Part shown: positions 35,228 through 44,470 of the stretch, in pieces
Numbering within the stretch: the stretch's first letter is position 1
Layout: every line of letters starts with the position of its first letter
Assembly: GCA_904501855.1 (NCBI GenBank)
Contig: CAJGCI010000002.1
Coordinates: 1,182 to 65,181, forward strand
Length of the DNA: 64,000 nucleotides
Source: Oscillospiraceae bacterium
Lineage (GTDB): Bacteria; Bacillota; Clostridia; Oscillospirales; Oscillospiraceae
Direction: 5' to 3'
The notes under the pieces: model-generated
The model's input: only the letters and a program-made list of their open reading frames with translations
Database searches by the model: none
What the model was told of the DNA's origin: nothing
Made by a program: the position numbers and the translations under genes

Positions 35228-35927
35228 GTATGATATTGCAACTTTACTGAAGACCAATGCATATCCCGGCAGAGGGATCATCCTGGGCCGCAGCGTCGAT
35301 GACAAGTATGCCGTTGCTGCATATTTCATCATGGGCCGCAGCGCCAACAGCCGCAATCGTATTTTCACGGAAACCGAAGACGGCATCAAGACAGAGGCTT
35401 TTGATCCCGCTGCAATGGAAGACCCTTCCCTGATCATTTACCACCCGGTTCGGGAGCTGAAGGGACAGCTCATCGTAACCAACGGTGATCAGACCGATAC
35501 TATTCGGGACGGACTGGCAGAAGGCAAGACGATGAGCGAAGCTCTGAAGAGCCGCGAGTTTGAGCCGGATCAGCCCAACTACACCCCGAGAATCTCCGGT
35601 GTCATTCATGCAGACGGAAGCTATGAGATGTCTATTCTCAAATCACTCTACGGCGATCCTTCCTGCTGCTGCCGCTACACTTTTGATTATGACAAACCTC
35701 AGGCCGGCCTTGCACATTTTATCCACACCTACGTGGGCGATGGCAGCCCGCTTCCCTCCTTCGTCGGAGAACCGGAGGACGTTTCCATCGACTGCCCGGA
35801 CCCGCAGTCCCTCGCACAGCTCCTTTGGGAGAGCCTGAACGAAGACAACAAGGTCTCTCTTTACGTATGCTACACCGAGCTTTCCACTGGCAAGCGCAGT
35901 GTCGTCATTTGCAATAAGAATCAGTAA
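35220..35927 (+). CDS. IMP cyclohydrolase, stand-alone PurO-like type
   Basis: About 235 aa with YPGRGIILG...YFIMGRSANSRNR...ITNGDQTD. Lies directly upstream of an AICAR-transformylase-only purH. Confidence 0.75.
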   Translation: MAKYDIATLLKTNAYPGRGIILGRSVDDKYAVAAYFIMGRSANSRNRIFTETEDGIKTEAFDPAAMEDPSLIIYHPVRELKGQLIVTNGDQTDTIRDGLAEGKTMSEALKSREFEPDQPNYTPRISGVIHADGSYEMSILKSLYGDPSCCCRYTFDYDKPQAGLAHFIHTYVGDGSPLPSFVGEPEDVSIDCPDPQSLAQLLWESLNEDNKVSLYVCYTELSTGKRSVVICNKNQ

Positions 35928-35941
35928 CGGAGGAAAACAAA

Positions 35942-37120
35942 ATGAAAAAGATAGAACTGAAATACGGTTGCAATCCCAACCAGAAACCCTCCAGCATCTA
36001 TGTGGCTGACGGACGGGATCTTCCCGTGGAAGTCCTGAACGGCCGGCCCGGATATATCAATTTTATGGACGCTCTCAACTCCTGGCGTCTGGTCAGCGAA
36101 CTTAAGAAGAACACCGGTCTTCCCGCCGCCGCTTCCTTCAAACACGTCTCTCCTGCCGGTGCAGCTGTTGCGAAGGAGCTTTCGGAGCTGGAACGTCAGA
36201 TGTATTTTGTCTCTCCGGATCTGGACGTCACCCCCATTGCCAGCGCCTATATCCGCGCCCGCGGAACGGATCGTCTGTGCTCTTACGGAGACTGGGCAGC
36301 GCTGTCCGACACCTGTGACAAGACTACCGCTCTGTATCTGAAGGATGAAGTTTCCGATGGCATTATTGCTCCGGATTATACCGAAGAAGCTCTGGAGATC
36401 CTGAAAACCAAGAAAAAAGGCAACTACAACATCGTAAAAATTGATGCCTCTTTTGTTCCCGATCCTATTGAGCATCGTGAGATTTACGGCATCACCTTTG
36501 AGCAAGGCATCAATGACTATGCTGTCACGGATGATACCTTTGCCAACATCGTTACCTCGAACACCGACCTCACCGAGGCAGTGCGTCGGGACATGACCAT
36601 CGCGCTGCTCACTCTGAAATACACCCAGTCCAACTCCGTCTGTTATGTGAAAGATGGTCAGGCCATCGGCGTTGGCGCCGGTCAGCAGAGCCGTATCCAC
36701 TGCACCAGACTGGCTGGCAACAAGGCCGACAACTGGCTGCTGCGTCAGCATCCGAAAGTGCTCGGTCTGGACTTCATCGACGGAATCCGCCGCCCCAACC
36801 GCGACAACGCCATCGATGTCTATATTTCTGACGAGTATGAAGACGTCCTCCGTGACGGTGTGTGGCAAGAGACTTTCAAGACTCGTCCCGAGCCTCTGAC
36901 TCTGGAAGAAAAGAAAGCCTGGATTGCAACACAGTCCGGACTTACTGTCGGCTCCGATGCGTTCTTCCCCTTCGGTGACAATATTGAGCGGGCAAGAAAA
37001 TCCGGTGTGAACTACGTAATTCAGCCCGGCGGAAGCATCCGGGACGACAATGTTATCGATACTTGCAATCAGTACGGTATGCTCATGATCTTCACGGGCT
37101 CCCGTCTGTTCCATCATTAA
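35942..37120 (+). CDS. purH: Phosphoribosylaminoimidazolecarboxamide (AICAR) formyltransferase, transformylase domain only
   Basis: 392 aa with no MGS-like IMP cyclohydrolase domain. Conserved C-terminal AICARFT segments: GVGAGQQSRI, SDAFFPF, and IQPGGSIRD. Confidence 0.85.
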   Translation: MKKIELKYGCNPNQKPSSIYVADGRDLPVEVLNGRPGYINFMDALNSWRLVSELKKNTGLPAAASFKHVSPAGAAVAKELSELERQMYFVSPDLDVTPIASAYIRARGTDRLCSYGDWAALSDTCDKTTALYLKDEVSDGIIAPDYTEEALEILKTKKKGNYNIVKIDASFVPDPIEHREIYGITFEQGINDYAVTDDTFANIVTSNTDLTEAVRRDMTIALLTLKYTQSNSVCYVKDGQAIGVGAGQQSRIHCTRLAGNKADNWLLRQHPKVLGLDFIDGIRRPNRDNAIDVYISDEYEDVLRDGVWQETFKTRPEPLTLEEKKAWIATQSGLTVGSDAFFPFGDNIERARKSGVNYVIQPGGSIRDDNVIDTCNQYGMLMIFTGSRLFHH

Positions 37121-37136
37121 TCGAATCCTATCCAAC

Positions 37137-37160
37137 ATTCCGCGCTGAATAGCGCGGAAT
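37137..37160 (+). other. Intra-operon perfect hairpin between purH and purD
   Basis: attccgcgct-gaat-agcgcggaat, a 10-bp perfect stem with a tetraloop and no U-tract. Confidence 0.6.
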
Positions 37161-37198
37161 TTGGCCATTAATAATCTTGTGTGGAGAGGAATACTGTT

Positions 37199-38476
37199 AT
37201 GAAGATCATGGTCGTAGGTGGCGGCGGACGTGAACATGCCGTCATCAAAGCACTGAAAAAGAATCCTGAGATCACTGAGATCGTTGCCCTCCCCGGGAAC
37301 GGCGGCATTGCAGCGGATGCTACCTGTGTTCCCGTCGGTGCCACGGATCTGGACGGCCTTGTGAAATACGCATGTGAAAATGCAGTGGATTTTGCCGTTG
37401 TGACCCCGGATGATCCCCTGGTCATGGGTGCTGTTGATCTGCTGGAAGCGGCAGGGATCCCCTGTTTCGGCCCGAACAAAAATGCCGCAATTCTGGAAGG
37501 CAGCAAGGTCTTTTCCAAAAACCTGATGAAAAAATACGGAATTCCAACTGCTGCCTATGAAGTGTTTACCTCTTCCTCCGAAGCGCTGGATTATGTGGAA
37601 ACTGCTCCCCTTCCTCTGGTCGTTAAGGCAGATGGTCTTGCTCTTGGAAAGGGCGTTCTCATTGCACAGACCCGCCAGGAGGCAGTCGAGGCTGTCAAGA
37701 CCATTATGGAAGACAAGAAATTCGGTGCCAGCGGTAATCAGATCGTTGTCGAGGAGTTCCTGGAAGGCCCGGAAGTGTCCGTTCTTGCCTTTACCGACGG
37801 TAAGACGGTCGTTCCCATGGTCTCATCCATGGATCACAAACGAGCGAAAGATCATGATGAAGGTCTGAATACCGGTGGAATGGGAACCATCGCTCCCAAC
37901 CCCTACTACACACCATCTGTGGCAGACACCTGCATGGAACAGATCTTCCTTCCCACCATCCGTGCGATGGCTGAAGAAGGCCGTCCCTTCCGCGGCTGTC
38001 TGTACTTTGGTCTGATGGTCACCAAAAACGGACCGAAAGTTATTGAATACAACTGTCGCTTCGGCGACCCGGAAGCTCAGGTTGTGCTTCCCCTGCTGGA
38101 AAGTGATCTTTTCACTGTCATGCAGGCCTGCCGCAACGGATTGCTGGCGGAGACGGACGTCTCCTTCTCCTCTGACAGCGCGTGCTGTGTCATCATGGCA
38201 AGTGACGGATATCCATCCAGTTACCAGAAAGGATTTGCTATCTCTTTTGATCCGGATCTTTCCGCTGACGTTTATGTTGCCGGAGCAAAACTGGAGAACG
38301 AAAAACTGCTTACCAGCGGAGGTCGTGTTCTGGGTGTGACCTGCAAGGCGGAAACACTGAAAGATGCTATTGCCCTTGCTTATGAGCAGGTGAAAAAGAT
38401 ACATTTTGACAACGCTTATTATCGCAAAGACATCGGGCAGCGCGCGCTGAACGCAGGCGCTGTGCAGGAGGGATAA
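37199..38476 (+). CDS. purD: Phosphoribosylamine-glycine ligase
   Basis: MKIMVVGGGGREHA N-terminus and ATP-grasp body. The ATG at 37199 has GGAGAGG upstream. Confidence 0.93.
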   Translation: MKIMVVGGGGREHAVIKALKKNPEITEIVALPGNGGIAADATCVPVGATDLDGLVKYACENAVDFAVVTPDDPLVMGAVDLLEAAGIPCFGPNKNAAILEGSKVFSKNLMKKYGIPTAAYEVFTSSSEALDYVETAPLPLVVKADGLALGKGVLIAQTRQEAVEAVKTIMEDKKFGASGNQIVVEEFLEGPEVSVLAFTDGKTVVPMVSSMDHKRAKDHDEGLNTGGMGTIAPNPYYTPSVADTCMEQIFLPTIRAMAEEGRPFRGCLYFGLMVTKNGPKVIEYNCRFGDPEAQVVLPLLESDLFTVMQACRNGLLAETDVSFSSDSACCVIMASDGYPSSYQKGFAISFDPDLSADVYVAGAKLENEKLLTSGGRVLGVTCKAETLKDAIALAYEQVKKIHFDNAYYRKDIGQRALNAGAVQEG

Positions 38477-38479
38477 CTC

Positions 38480-41400
38480 ATGGTATACCGTATTTATGTT
38501 GAGAAAAAAGAAGAGCTTGCCAACGAAGCAAGAGAACTGGCCGGTGAAGCACGGGATTTTCTGGGAATCCAGTCTCTGGAGAAAGTCCGTATCCTGAACC
38601 GTTATGATGTGGAAAATATTGATAAGGATCTCTTTGATCAGGCGGTTCGCACCGTCTTTTCCGAACCTCAGCTGGATCAGACCTTTGAGCATCTCCCGGA
38701 GACCGATGCTCAGGTATTTGCCGTGGAGTTTCTTCCCGGACAGTACGATCAGCGGGCAGATTCCGCTGCGCAGTGTATTCAGATCATCTCCCAGGGCGAC
38801 CGCCCTGCGGTTCACACGGCGAAGGTCTACCTTCTGTATGGCGATCTTTCCGCAGAAGATCTTGCCGCAATAAAAAAGCACGTCATCAATCCGGTGGAAA
38901 GCCGGGAAGCCTCTCTGGATCGTGTGGAGACTCTGGCCGTTCAGTATGAGATTCCGGAGACCGTAGATATCCTGAACGGTTTTATTTCCTATGACGAAAA
39001 TCAGCTGGCGGCATTTGCCCGGGAAAAAGGCCTGGCCATGGATCTGGGCGATCTGGTATGCTGCCGGGACTACTTCCGTTCCGAAGGACGGGATCCCAGC
39101 ATCACGGAGATCCGCGTCATTGATACCTACTGGTCCGATCACTGCCGTCACACCACGTTCAACACGGTAATCGATTCCATTGAGACCGATGATCCCGAGC
39201 TCCGGAACGCCTATAATGAATACATCCGCACCCGCGAGGAGCTCCACCGCACAAAGCCCGTTACTCTGATGGATATGGGCACCATCGGTGCCCGTTATCT
39301 GAAGTCCGTGGGCATGCTGGATAAGCTGGATGAATCCGAGGAGATCAATGCCTGTACCGTAAAGATCAAGGTTAATGTCAACGGAAAAGCCCAGGACTGG
39401 CTCCTTCTTTTCAAAAACGAAACCCACAACCACCCGACGGAAATCGAACCCTTTGGCGGTGCTGCCACCTGCATCGGCGGTGCAATTCGTGATCCGCTTT
39501 CCGGACGCAGCTACGTTTATTCCGCAATGCGTGTTACAGGTGCTGCCAATCCGCTGCGAAGCGTCAGCGAGACTCTGAAAGGCAAACTGCCTCAGAAAAA
39601 GCTTGTCACTACTGCAGCCGCCGGTTACTCTTCCTACGGCAACCAGATCGGTCTTGCTACGGGGCAGGTTGACGAACTCTATCACGATGGTTATGCTGCC
39701 AAACGCATGGAGATCGGCGCTGTTGTTGCTGCTGCTCCCGCTGAAAATGTTCGCCGTGAACGTCCCTCCGGCGGAGATGTCATCATTCTTCTCGGCGGAC
39801 GTACCGGACGAGACGGCTGCGGCGGTGCTACCGGTTCCTCCAAAGCGCATACGGTAGAATCTCTGGACACCTGCGGTGCAGAAGTTCAGAAGGGCAATGC
39901 TCCCGAAGAACGCAAGCTTCAGCGACTGTTCCGCAATCCGGAAGCGTCCCGCATGATCAAACGCTGCAACGATTTTGGTGCCGGCGGTGTTTCCGTTGCA
40001 GTCGGCGAACTTGCAGACGGTCTGGATATTGATCTGAATACCGTTCCGAAGAAGTATGACGGTCTGGACGGCACAGAGCTGGCGATCTCCGAATCACAGG
40101 AGCGCATGGCCGTGGTCGTTGCCGGAGAGGATGCCGAAAAGTTCCGTGCTCTGGCTGCAGAAGAGAATCTGGAATCCACGGTGATCGCAAAGGTTACTGA
40201 AGACCGCAGACTGAAAATGAAATGGAACGGTGCCACTATCGTGGACATTTCCCGCGATTTTCTGGATACCAACGGTGCGGAAAAGCATATGTCCGCGTCT
40301 CTCCCGAAAACGAGATCGTGGGCAAAGACCATTCCCGCCTCATTCAACGAAGGCCTGCTTTCTCTGGCTGACGATCTGAATGTGTGTTCCAAGCGTGGGC
40401 TGTCGGAACGGTTTGACTCTACGATCGGCGCCGGAACGGTGCTCATGCCGTTCGGAGGCAAGACGCAGACCACGCCGATCCAGGCCATGGTCAACAAAGT
40501 TTCCTGTGAAAAAGAGGATACCGACACCTGTTCCGTGATGGCTTGGGGATTCAACCCCTTTATCATGGAAAATTCCCCCTTCCACGGGGCTTATCTTTCC
40601 GTGGTGGAATCGGTTGCCAAACTTATCGCCACCGGTGCCGGATATGAAGATATTTATCTTTCCTTCCAGGAATATTTCCCCCATCTGGGTCAGGATCCGG
40701 AAAAATGGGGGCAGCCGGTATCTGCGCTCCTCGGAGCTTTCCGTGCGCAGAAAGACTTTGGTGTCGCCGCCATTGGCGGAAAAGACTCCATGTCCGGAAC
40801 ATTTGAAAACATGTCCGTTCCTCCCACGCTGGTATCCTTTGCCATTACCACCACCTGTGTGGACAACATCGTATCCAACGAACTGAAGGGTGCCGGACAT
40901 TCCCTGTACTGGTTCAAACCCGACTATCTGGAAAACGGTCTGCCGGATGCGGACTCGCTGAAGGATATTATGAAGACCGTACATGCGCTGGTCAAAGAAG
41001 GAAAGATTCTTACCGCGTATACGCCGGGTTACGGCGGTGTGGCAGAAGCGCTGATGAAGATGTGCTTCGGCAACCGCATTGGTGTGAAGCTGGACGGCGG
41101 CTGTTCTCTGGAAGATATATTCGGATACCGTTACGGTTCCTTTGTTGTGGAATCCGAAGAAGATCTCTCCTCCTGCGGAGCAGTTCTTCTCGGCACCACA
41201 TCGGAAGATCCCGTGTTCTGCTGCGGTGACTCCTGCGTTGCTCTGGAACATCTCTCCGAGGTATATGAGAACAAACTGGAGTCGGTCTACCCCATGAATG
41301 TGGATACTCAGGCCGATGAAGAGGTTCCCGCATACAGCTTCTCTGCAGAGAGCCGGGTCTCCCCTGCAGTCAAAACCGCAAAACCCAAGGTGCTGATCCC

Positions 41401-42178
41401 GGTCTTCCCCGGAACGAACTGTGAATACGATTCCGCAAAAGCCTTTGCCCGTGCAGGTGCCGATCCGGAGATCGTGGTCATTCGCAACATGACTTCCGCC
41501 GATATTACCGAATCGGTTCAGTATATCGCCAAGCAGATCAAGCAGTCCCAGATCATCTTCATCCCGGGAGGTTTCTCCGGCGGTGATGAGCCGGAAGGAA
41601 GCGCAAAATTCATTACCGCCTTCTTCCGCAATCAGGAGATCTCGGATGCCGTCAGCGATCTCCTGGAAAACCGGGATGGTCTCATGGCCGGTATCTGCAA
41701 CGGGTTCCAGGCTCTGGTGAAACTGGGTCTTGTTCCTTATGGAAAGATCATGGATACCGATGCGTCTTGCCCGACGCTGACCTACAACACAATCGGACGC
41801 CATCAGTCCATGCTGGTCCGCACTCGCATTGCCTCCAACATGTCTCCGTGGCTTGCCAATACGCAGCCCGGTGAGATCTATACGGTTCCCATCTCTCACG
41901 GCGAAGGCCGTTTCTATGCTTCACGTGATCTGGTGGAACAGCTGGCAAAACAGGGTCAGATAGCCACACAGTATGTGGATCTGTCCGGAAAGCCCACCAT
42001 GGACATCGCGGCGAACCCCAACGGCTCCATTTGCGCCATCGAGGGAATCACCTCGCCGGACGGCCGTGTATTCGGCAAGATGGGCCACGCAGAACGTGTT
42101 GGCTACGGCCTGTACAAAAATGTTGAAGGTGACTTTAACATCGGCATGTTTGACTCTGCGGTAAAATATTTCAAATAA
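38480..42178 (+). CDS. purL: Phosphoribosylformylglycinamidine synthase, single-chain large form
   Basis: 1232 aa. ETHNHPTEIEPFGGAATCIGG (FGAM synthetase core) plus a C-terminal class I GATase (GICNGFQ...ISHGEG). Confidence 0.92.
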   Translation: MVYRIYVEKKEELANEARELAGEARDFLGIQSLEKVRILNRYDVENIDKDLFDQAVRTVFSEPQLDQTFEHLPETDAQVFAVEFLPGQYDQRADSAAQCIQIISQGDRPAVHTAKVYLLYGDLSAEDLAAIKKHVINPVESREASLDRVETLAVQYEIPETVDILNGFISYDENQLAAFAREKGLAMDLGDLVCCRDYFRSEGRDPSITEIRVIDTYWSDHCRHTTFNTVIDSIETDDPELRNAYNEYIRTREELHRTKPVTLMDMGTIGARYLKSVGMLDKLDESEEINACTVKIKVNVNGKAQDWLLLFKNETHNHPTEIEPFGGAATCIGGAIRDPLSGRSYVYSAMRVTGAANPLRSVSETLKGKLPQKKLVTTAAAGYSSYGNQIGLATGQVDELYHDGYAAKRMEIGAVVAAAPAENVRRERPSGGDVIILLGGRTGRDGCGGATGSSKAHTVESLDTCGAEVQKGNAPEERKLQRLFRNPEASRMIKRCNDFGAGGVSVAVGELADGLDIDLNTVPKKYDGLDGTELAISESQERMAVVVAGEDAEKFRALAAEENLESTVIAKVTEDRRLKMKWNGATIVDISRDFLDTNGAEKHMSASLPKTRSWAKTIPASFNEGLLSLADDLNVCSKRGLSERFDSTIGAGTVLMPFGGKTQTTPIQAMVNKVSCEKEDTDTCSVMAWGFNPFIMENSPFHGAYLSVVESVAKLIATGAGYEDIYLSFQEYFPHLGQDPEKWGQPVSALLGAFRAQKDFGVAAIGGKDSMSGTFENMSVPPTLVSFAITTTCVDNIVSNELKGAGHSLYWFKPDYLENGLPDADSLKDIMKTVHALVKEGKILTAYTPGYGGVAEALMKMCFGNRIGVKLDGGCSLEDIFGYRYGSFVVESEEDLSSCGAVLLGTTSEDPVFCCGDSCVALEHLSEVYENKLESVYPMNVDTQADEEVPAYSFSAESRVSPAVKTAKPKVLIPVFPGTNCEYDSAKAFARAGADPEIVVIRNMTSADITESVQYIAKQIKQSQIIFIPGGFSGGDEPEGSAKFITAFFRNQEISDAVSDLLENRDGLMAGICNGFQALVKLGLVPYGKIMDTDASCPTLTYNTIGRHQSMLVRTRIASNMSPWLANTQPGEIYTVPISHGEGRFYASRDLVEQLAKQGQIATQYVDLSGKPTMDIAANPNGSICAIEGITSPDGRVFGKMGHAERVGYGLYKNVEGDFNIGMFDSAVKYFK

Positions 42179-42198
42179 ATTATGAGGGAGGAACGTAA

Positions 42199-43494
42199 AT
42201 GCTCCACTCCAATCTGAATATCAATGATCTAGATCATCTGGAATTTGCCGGCGTCGATGCGGTGGAAATGGCAAAAAAATACGGAACGCCTCTTTATCTG
42301 ATGGATGAAGACCGCATCCGTGATCGCTGCCGTGAATATATCCGCTGTATGCATACTTATCTGGGCGAGGCGTCCCATCCTCTGTTTGCAAGCAAAGCCT
42401 GCAGTTTTAAGCAGATGTACCGCATCGCCAAAGAAGAAGGAATGTATATCGACGTTGTCTCCGGCGGGGAACTCCACACTGCTGTTTCCGTAGACTTTCC
42501 TGCCGACCGCATCTTCTTCCACGGCAACTACAAATCTCCGGCAGAAATCCGGTATTCCATGGAGGTCGGACTGGGTTATATCGTGGTTGACAACCCCGAT
42601 GAGCTTCACCTTGTTGATGAACTCGCCGGCGAGATGGGAATCCGGCAGAAGATCCTTCTCCGTATCACTCCCGGTGTAGATGCCCATACCAACAAAAAGA
42701 TCAACACCGGTCTGGTAGACTCCAAGTTTGGCGCTACCATCGAAACGGGACATGCGGAAATGATCGTTCAGGAGGCGCTTTCGTGCAAAAATGTAGAGCT
42801 GAAAGGCTTCCACTGCCATGTCGGCTCTCAGATCTTTACGGCAACGCCGTTTATGGAAGCAACCGACATCATGATCGCTTTCTGCAAATCCATTCTGAAC
42901 CGCTATGGATTTACCGCCGAGATTCTGAACCTCGGCGGCGGACTCGGCGTACGATATATCAAATCCGATCCCACGCTGAACATCGACGTGGTCGTCCGTC
43001 AGATCTCGGAAGAGCTTGTCCGGATCTGCAAGATCATGAAATATCCTCAGCCGGCAATCTTTCTGGAGCCGGGAAGAAGCATCGTAGCAGACTCCGGCAT
43101 CACCATGTATACCGTGGGCAGCATCAAACAGATCACGGATGACATCTGCTATGTTGCCATTGACGGCGGCATGACAGATAACCCCCGCTATACGCTGTAT
43201 CAGGCAGAGCACACATTTCTTCTTGCAAACCGCATGAGCGCCCCGGTGGATTTCAAGGCAACAATCGCCGGTCGCTGCTGCGAAAGCGGCGACGTGTTGA
43301 AGGAGCGCGCCTGGATTCCGAAGCCAATGGTCGGTGATAACATCGCCACACTGGTAACGGGAGCATACAACTACTCCATGGCCTCCAATTACAACCGGAT
43401 CCCCCGTGCACCTGTTGTCATGATCCGCAACAAAGAAGATTATGTGGCAGTGAAGCGGGAAAACTACGACGATCTGCTTCGCAACGATGTCTAA
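42199..43494 (+). CDS. lysA: Diaminopimelate decarboxylase
   Basis: Fold-III PLP decarboxylase with FASKAC (PLP lysine), HCHVGSQI, GGGLGV and EPGRSIVA motifs. Confidence 0.9.
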   Translation: MLHSNLNINDLDHLEFAGVDAVEMAKKYGTPLYLMDEDRIRDRCREYIRCMHTYLGEASHPLFASKACSFKQMYRIAKEEGMYIDVVSGGELHTAVSVDFPADRIFFHGNYKSPAEIRYSMEVGLGYIVVDNPDELHLVDELAGEMGIRQKILLRITPGVDAHTNKKINTGLVDSKFGATIETGHAEMIVQEALSCKNVELKGFHCHVGSQIFTATPFMEATDIMIAFCKSILNRYGFTAEILNLGGGLGVRYIKSDPTLNIDVVVRQISEELVRICKIMKYPQPAIFLEPGRSIVADSGITMYTVGSIKQITDDICYVAIDGGMTDNPRYTLYQAEHTFLLANRMSAPVDFKATIAGRCCESGDVLKERAWIPKPMVGDNIATLVTGAYNYSMASNYNRIPRAPVVMIRNKEDYVAVKRENYDDLLRNDV

Positions 43495-43519
43495 TTGCGG
43501 ATCCCGATTCCTATTCAAA

Positions 43520-43565
43520 CAAAAAATCACCCCAAAGGACCAAGCCTTTGGGGTGATGCTTTTTC
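43520..43565. terminator. Bidirectional terminator between lysA and efp
   Basis: Perfect 13-bp stem atcaccccaaagg/cctttggggtgat flanked by an A-run and a T-run. Confidence 0.8.
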
Positions 43566-43571
43566 TGTTTG

Positions 43572-44129
43572 TTATACGCGGGAAAGATACTCTCCGGTAC
43601 GGGTGTCGATCTTGATGGTCTCGCCCTGCTCAATGAACAGAGGAACCTTAATTTCAGCACCGGTTTCCAGTGTCGCCGGTTTCGTCGCGTTAGTTGCTGT
43701 GTTTCCTGCAAAGCCGGGGTCGGTAGCCGTAACTTCCAGTTCAACGAACATCGGAGGCTCAACATTAAACACGCTTCCCTTATAGGAAGATACGATACAG
43801 CTCATGTTTTCTTTTACGAATTTGAAGTTGTCGTTCAGAACACTCTTTTCGATCGGCTCCAGCTCGTAGGTCTCCGGATCCATGAAATAATAAAGATCGC
43901 CATCTACATAGCTGAATTCCATGGTCTTTCTGTCAACTGTCGCATTCTCAAATTTTGCCGTGGGGTTGAAAGAAGTTTCCGTAACGGCACCGGTTATAAC
44001 ATTCTTCATCTTGGTACGGACGAATGCAGCGCCTTTACCCGGCTTGACGTGCTGGAATTCCACGACCTGCATAACCTGTCCATCCATCTCGAATGTAACA
44101 CCATTTCTAAAATCGCCTGCTGTAATCAT
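43572..44129 (-). CDS. efp: Elongation factor P
   Basis: 185 aa with the conserved loop [19 protein letters not shown]. Confidence 0.95.
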   Translation of the reverse strand: MITAGDFRNGVTFEMDGQVMQVVEFQHVKPGKGAAFVRTKMKNVITGAVTETSFNPTAKFENATVDRKTMEFSYVDGDLYYFMDPETYELEPIEKSVLNDNFKFVKENMSCIVSSYKGSVFNVEPPMFVELEVTATDPGFAGNTATNATKPATLETGAEIKVPLFIEQGETIKIDTRTGEYLSRV

Positions 44130-44169
44130 AAAGGATCTCCTCCTAGTAGTATATCAAGTCTTTCGGCTT

Positions 44170-44198
44170 ATTCTACAATATATATAGGGTTTTTGCAA
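44170..44198 (-). promoter_or_regulatory. Candidate efp promoter
   Basis: Minus strand TTGCAA - 17 nt - TAGAAT, about 40 nt upstream of the efp ATG. Confidence 0.5.
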
Positions 44199-44256
44199 CC
44201 TTATTTTCCCGCTGCCGGACGCCGTGCAACGGACCATTTTTCTCCTGTTTTTCTGG

Positions 44257-44457
44257 CTATTTTCCCTTTCTTGCGAGGGAAAGAATCATGTAGATTACCA
44301 GAAGACATGTTCCCAGTCCGTACAGGATAACATAGAGTACTGACGGCGCTTTTGGAATGCAGAAATTAACGATCGCTGTGATTGCGACAATCAGCAGTCC
44401 CGTAAAAAGCCATCGGTTTACCCCTTCCAGAAACGTTTTTTTCGCTTTTTTCAGCAT
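44257..44457 (-). CDS. Small hypothetical membrane protein (66 aa, two TM segments)
   Basis: ORF with two hydrophobic stretches, located 13 nt downstream of the peptidase gene. No recognisable motif. Confidence 0.4.
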   Translation of the reverse strand: MLKKAKKTFLEGVNRWLFTGLLIVAITAIVNFCIPKAPSVLYVILYGLGTCLLVIYMILSLARKGK

Positions 44458-44470
44458 AGTCGTTCCTCCA

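Noticed and set aside
37823-39850. 675-aa minus-strand ORF (also 40340-41899, 519 aa) opposite purD/purL
   Set aside because: The plus strand encodes unmistakable PurD and PurL motifs. The antisense ORFs have biased composition, no start signals and no motifs.
42229-43530. 433-aa minus-strand ORF opposite lysA, plus similar long antisense ORFs at 4702-5661, 20306-21586, 25229-26254, 35921-37237, 51996-53189 and 59506-60660
   Set aside because: Each overlaps a confidently identified gene on the other strand and lacks any motif or translation signals. Long antisense frames of this kind are a common artefact in GC-rich, stop-poor coding sequence.
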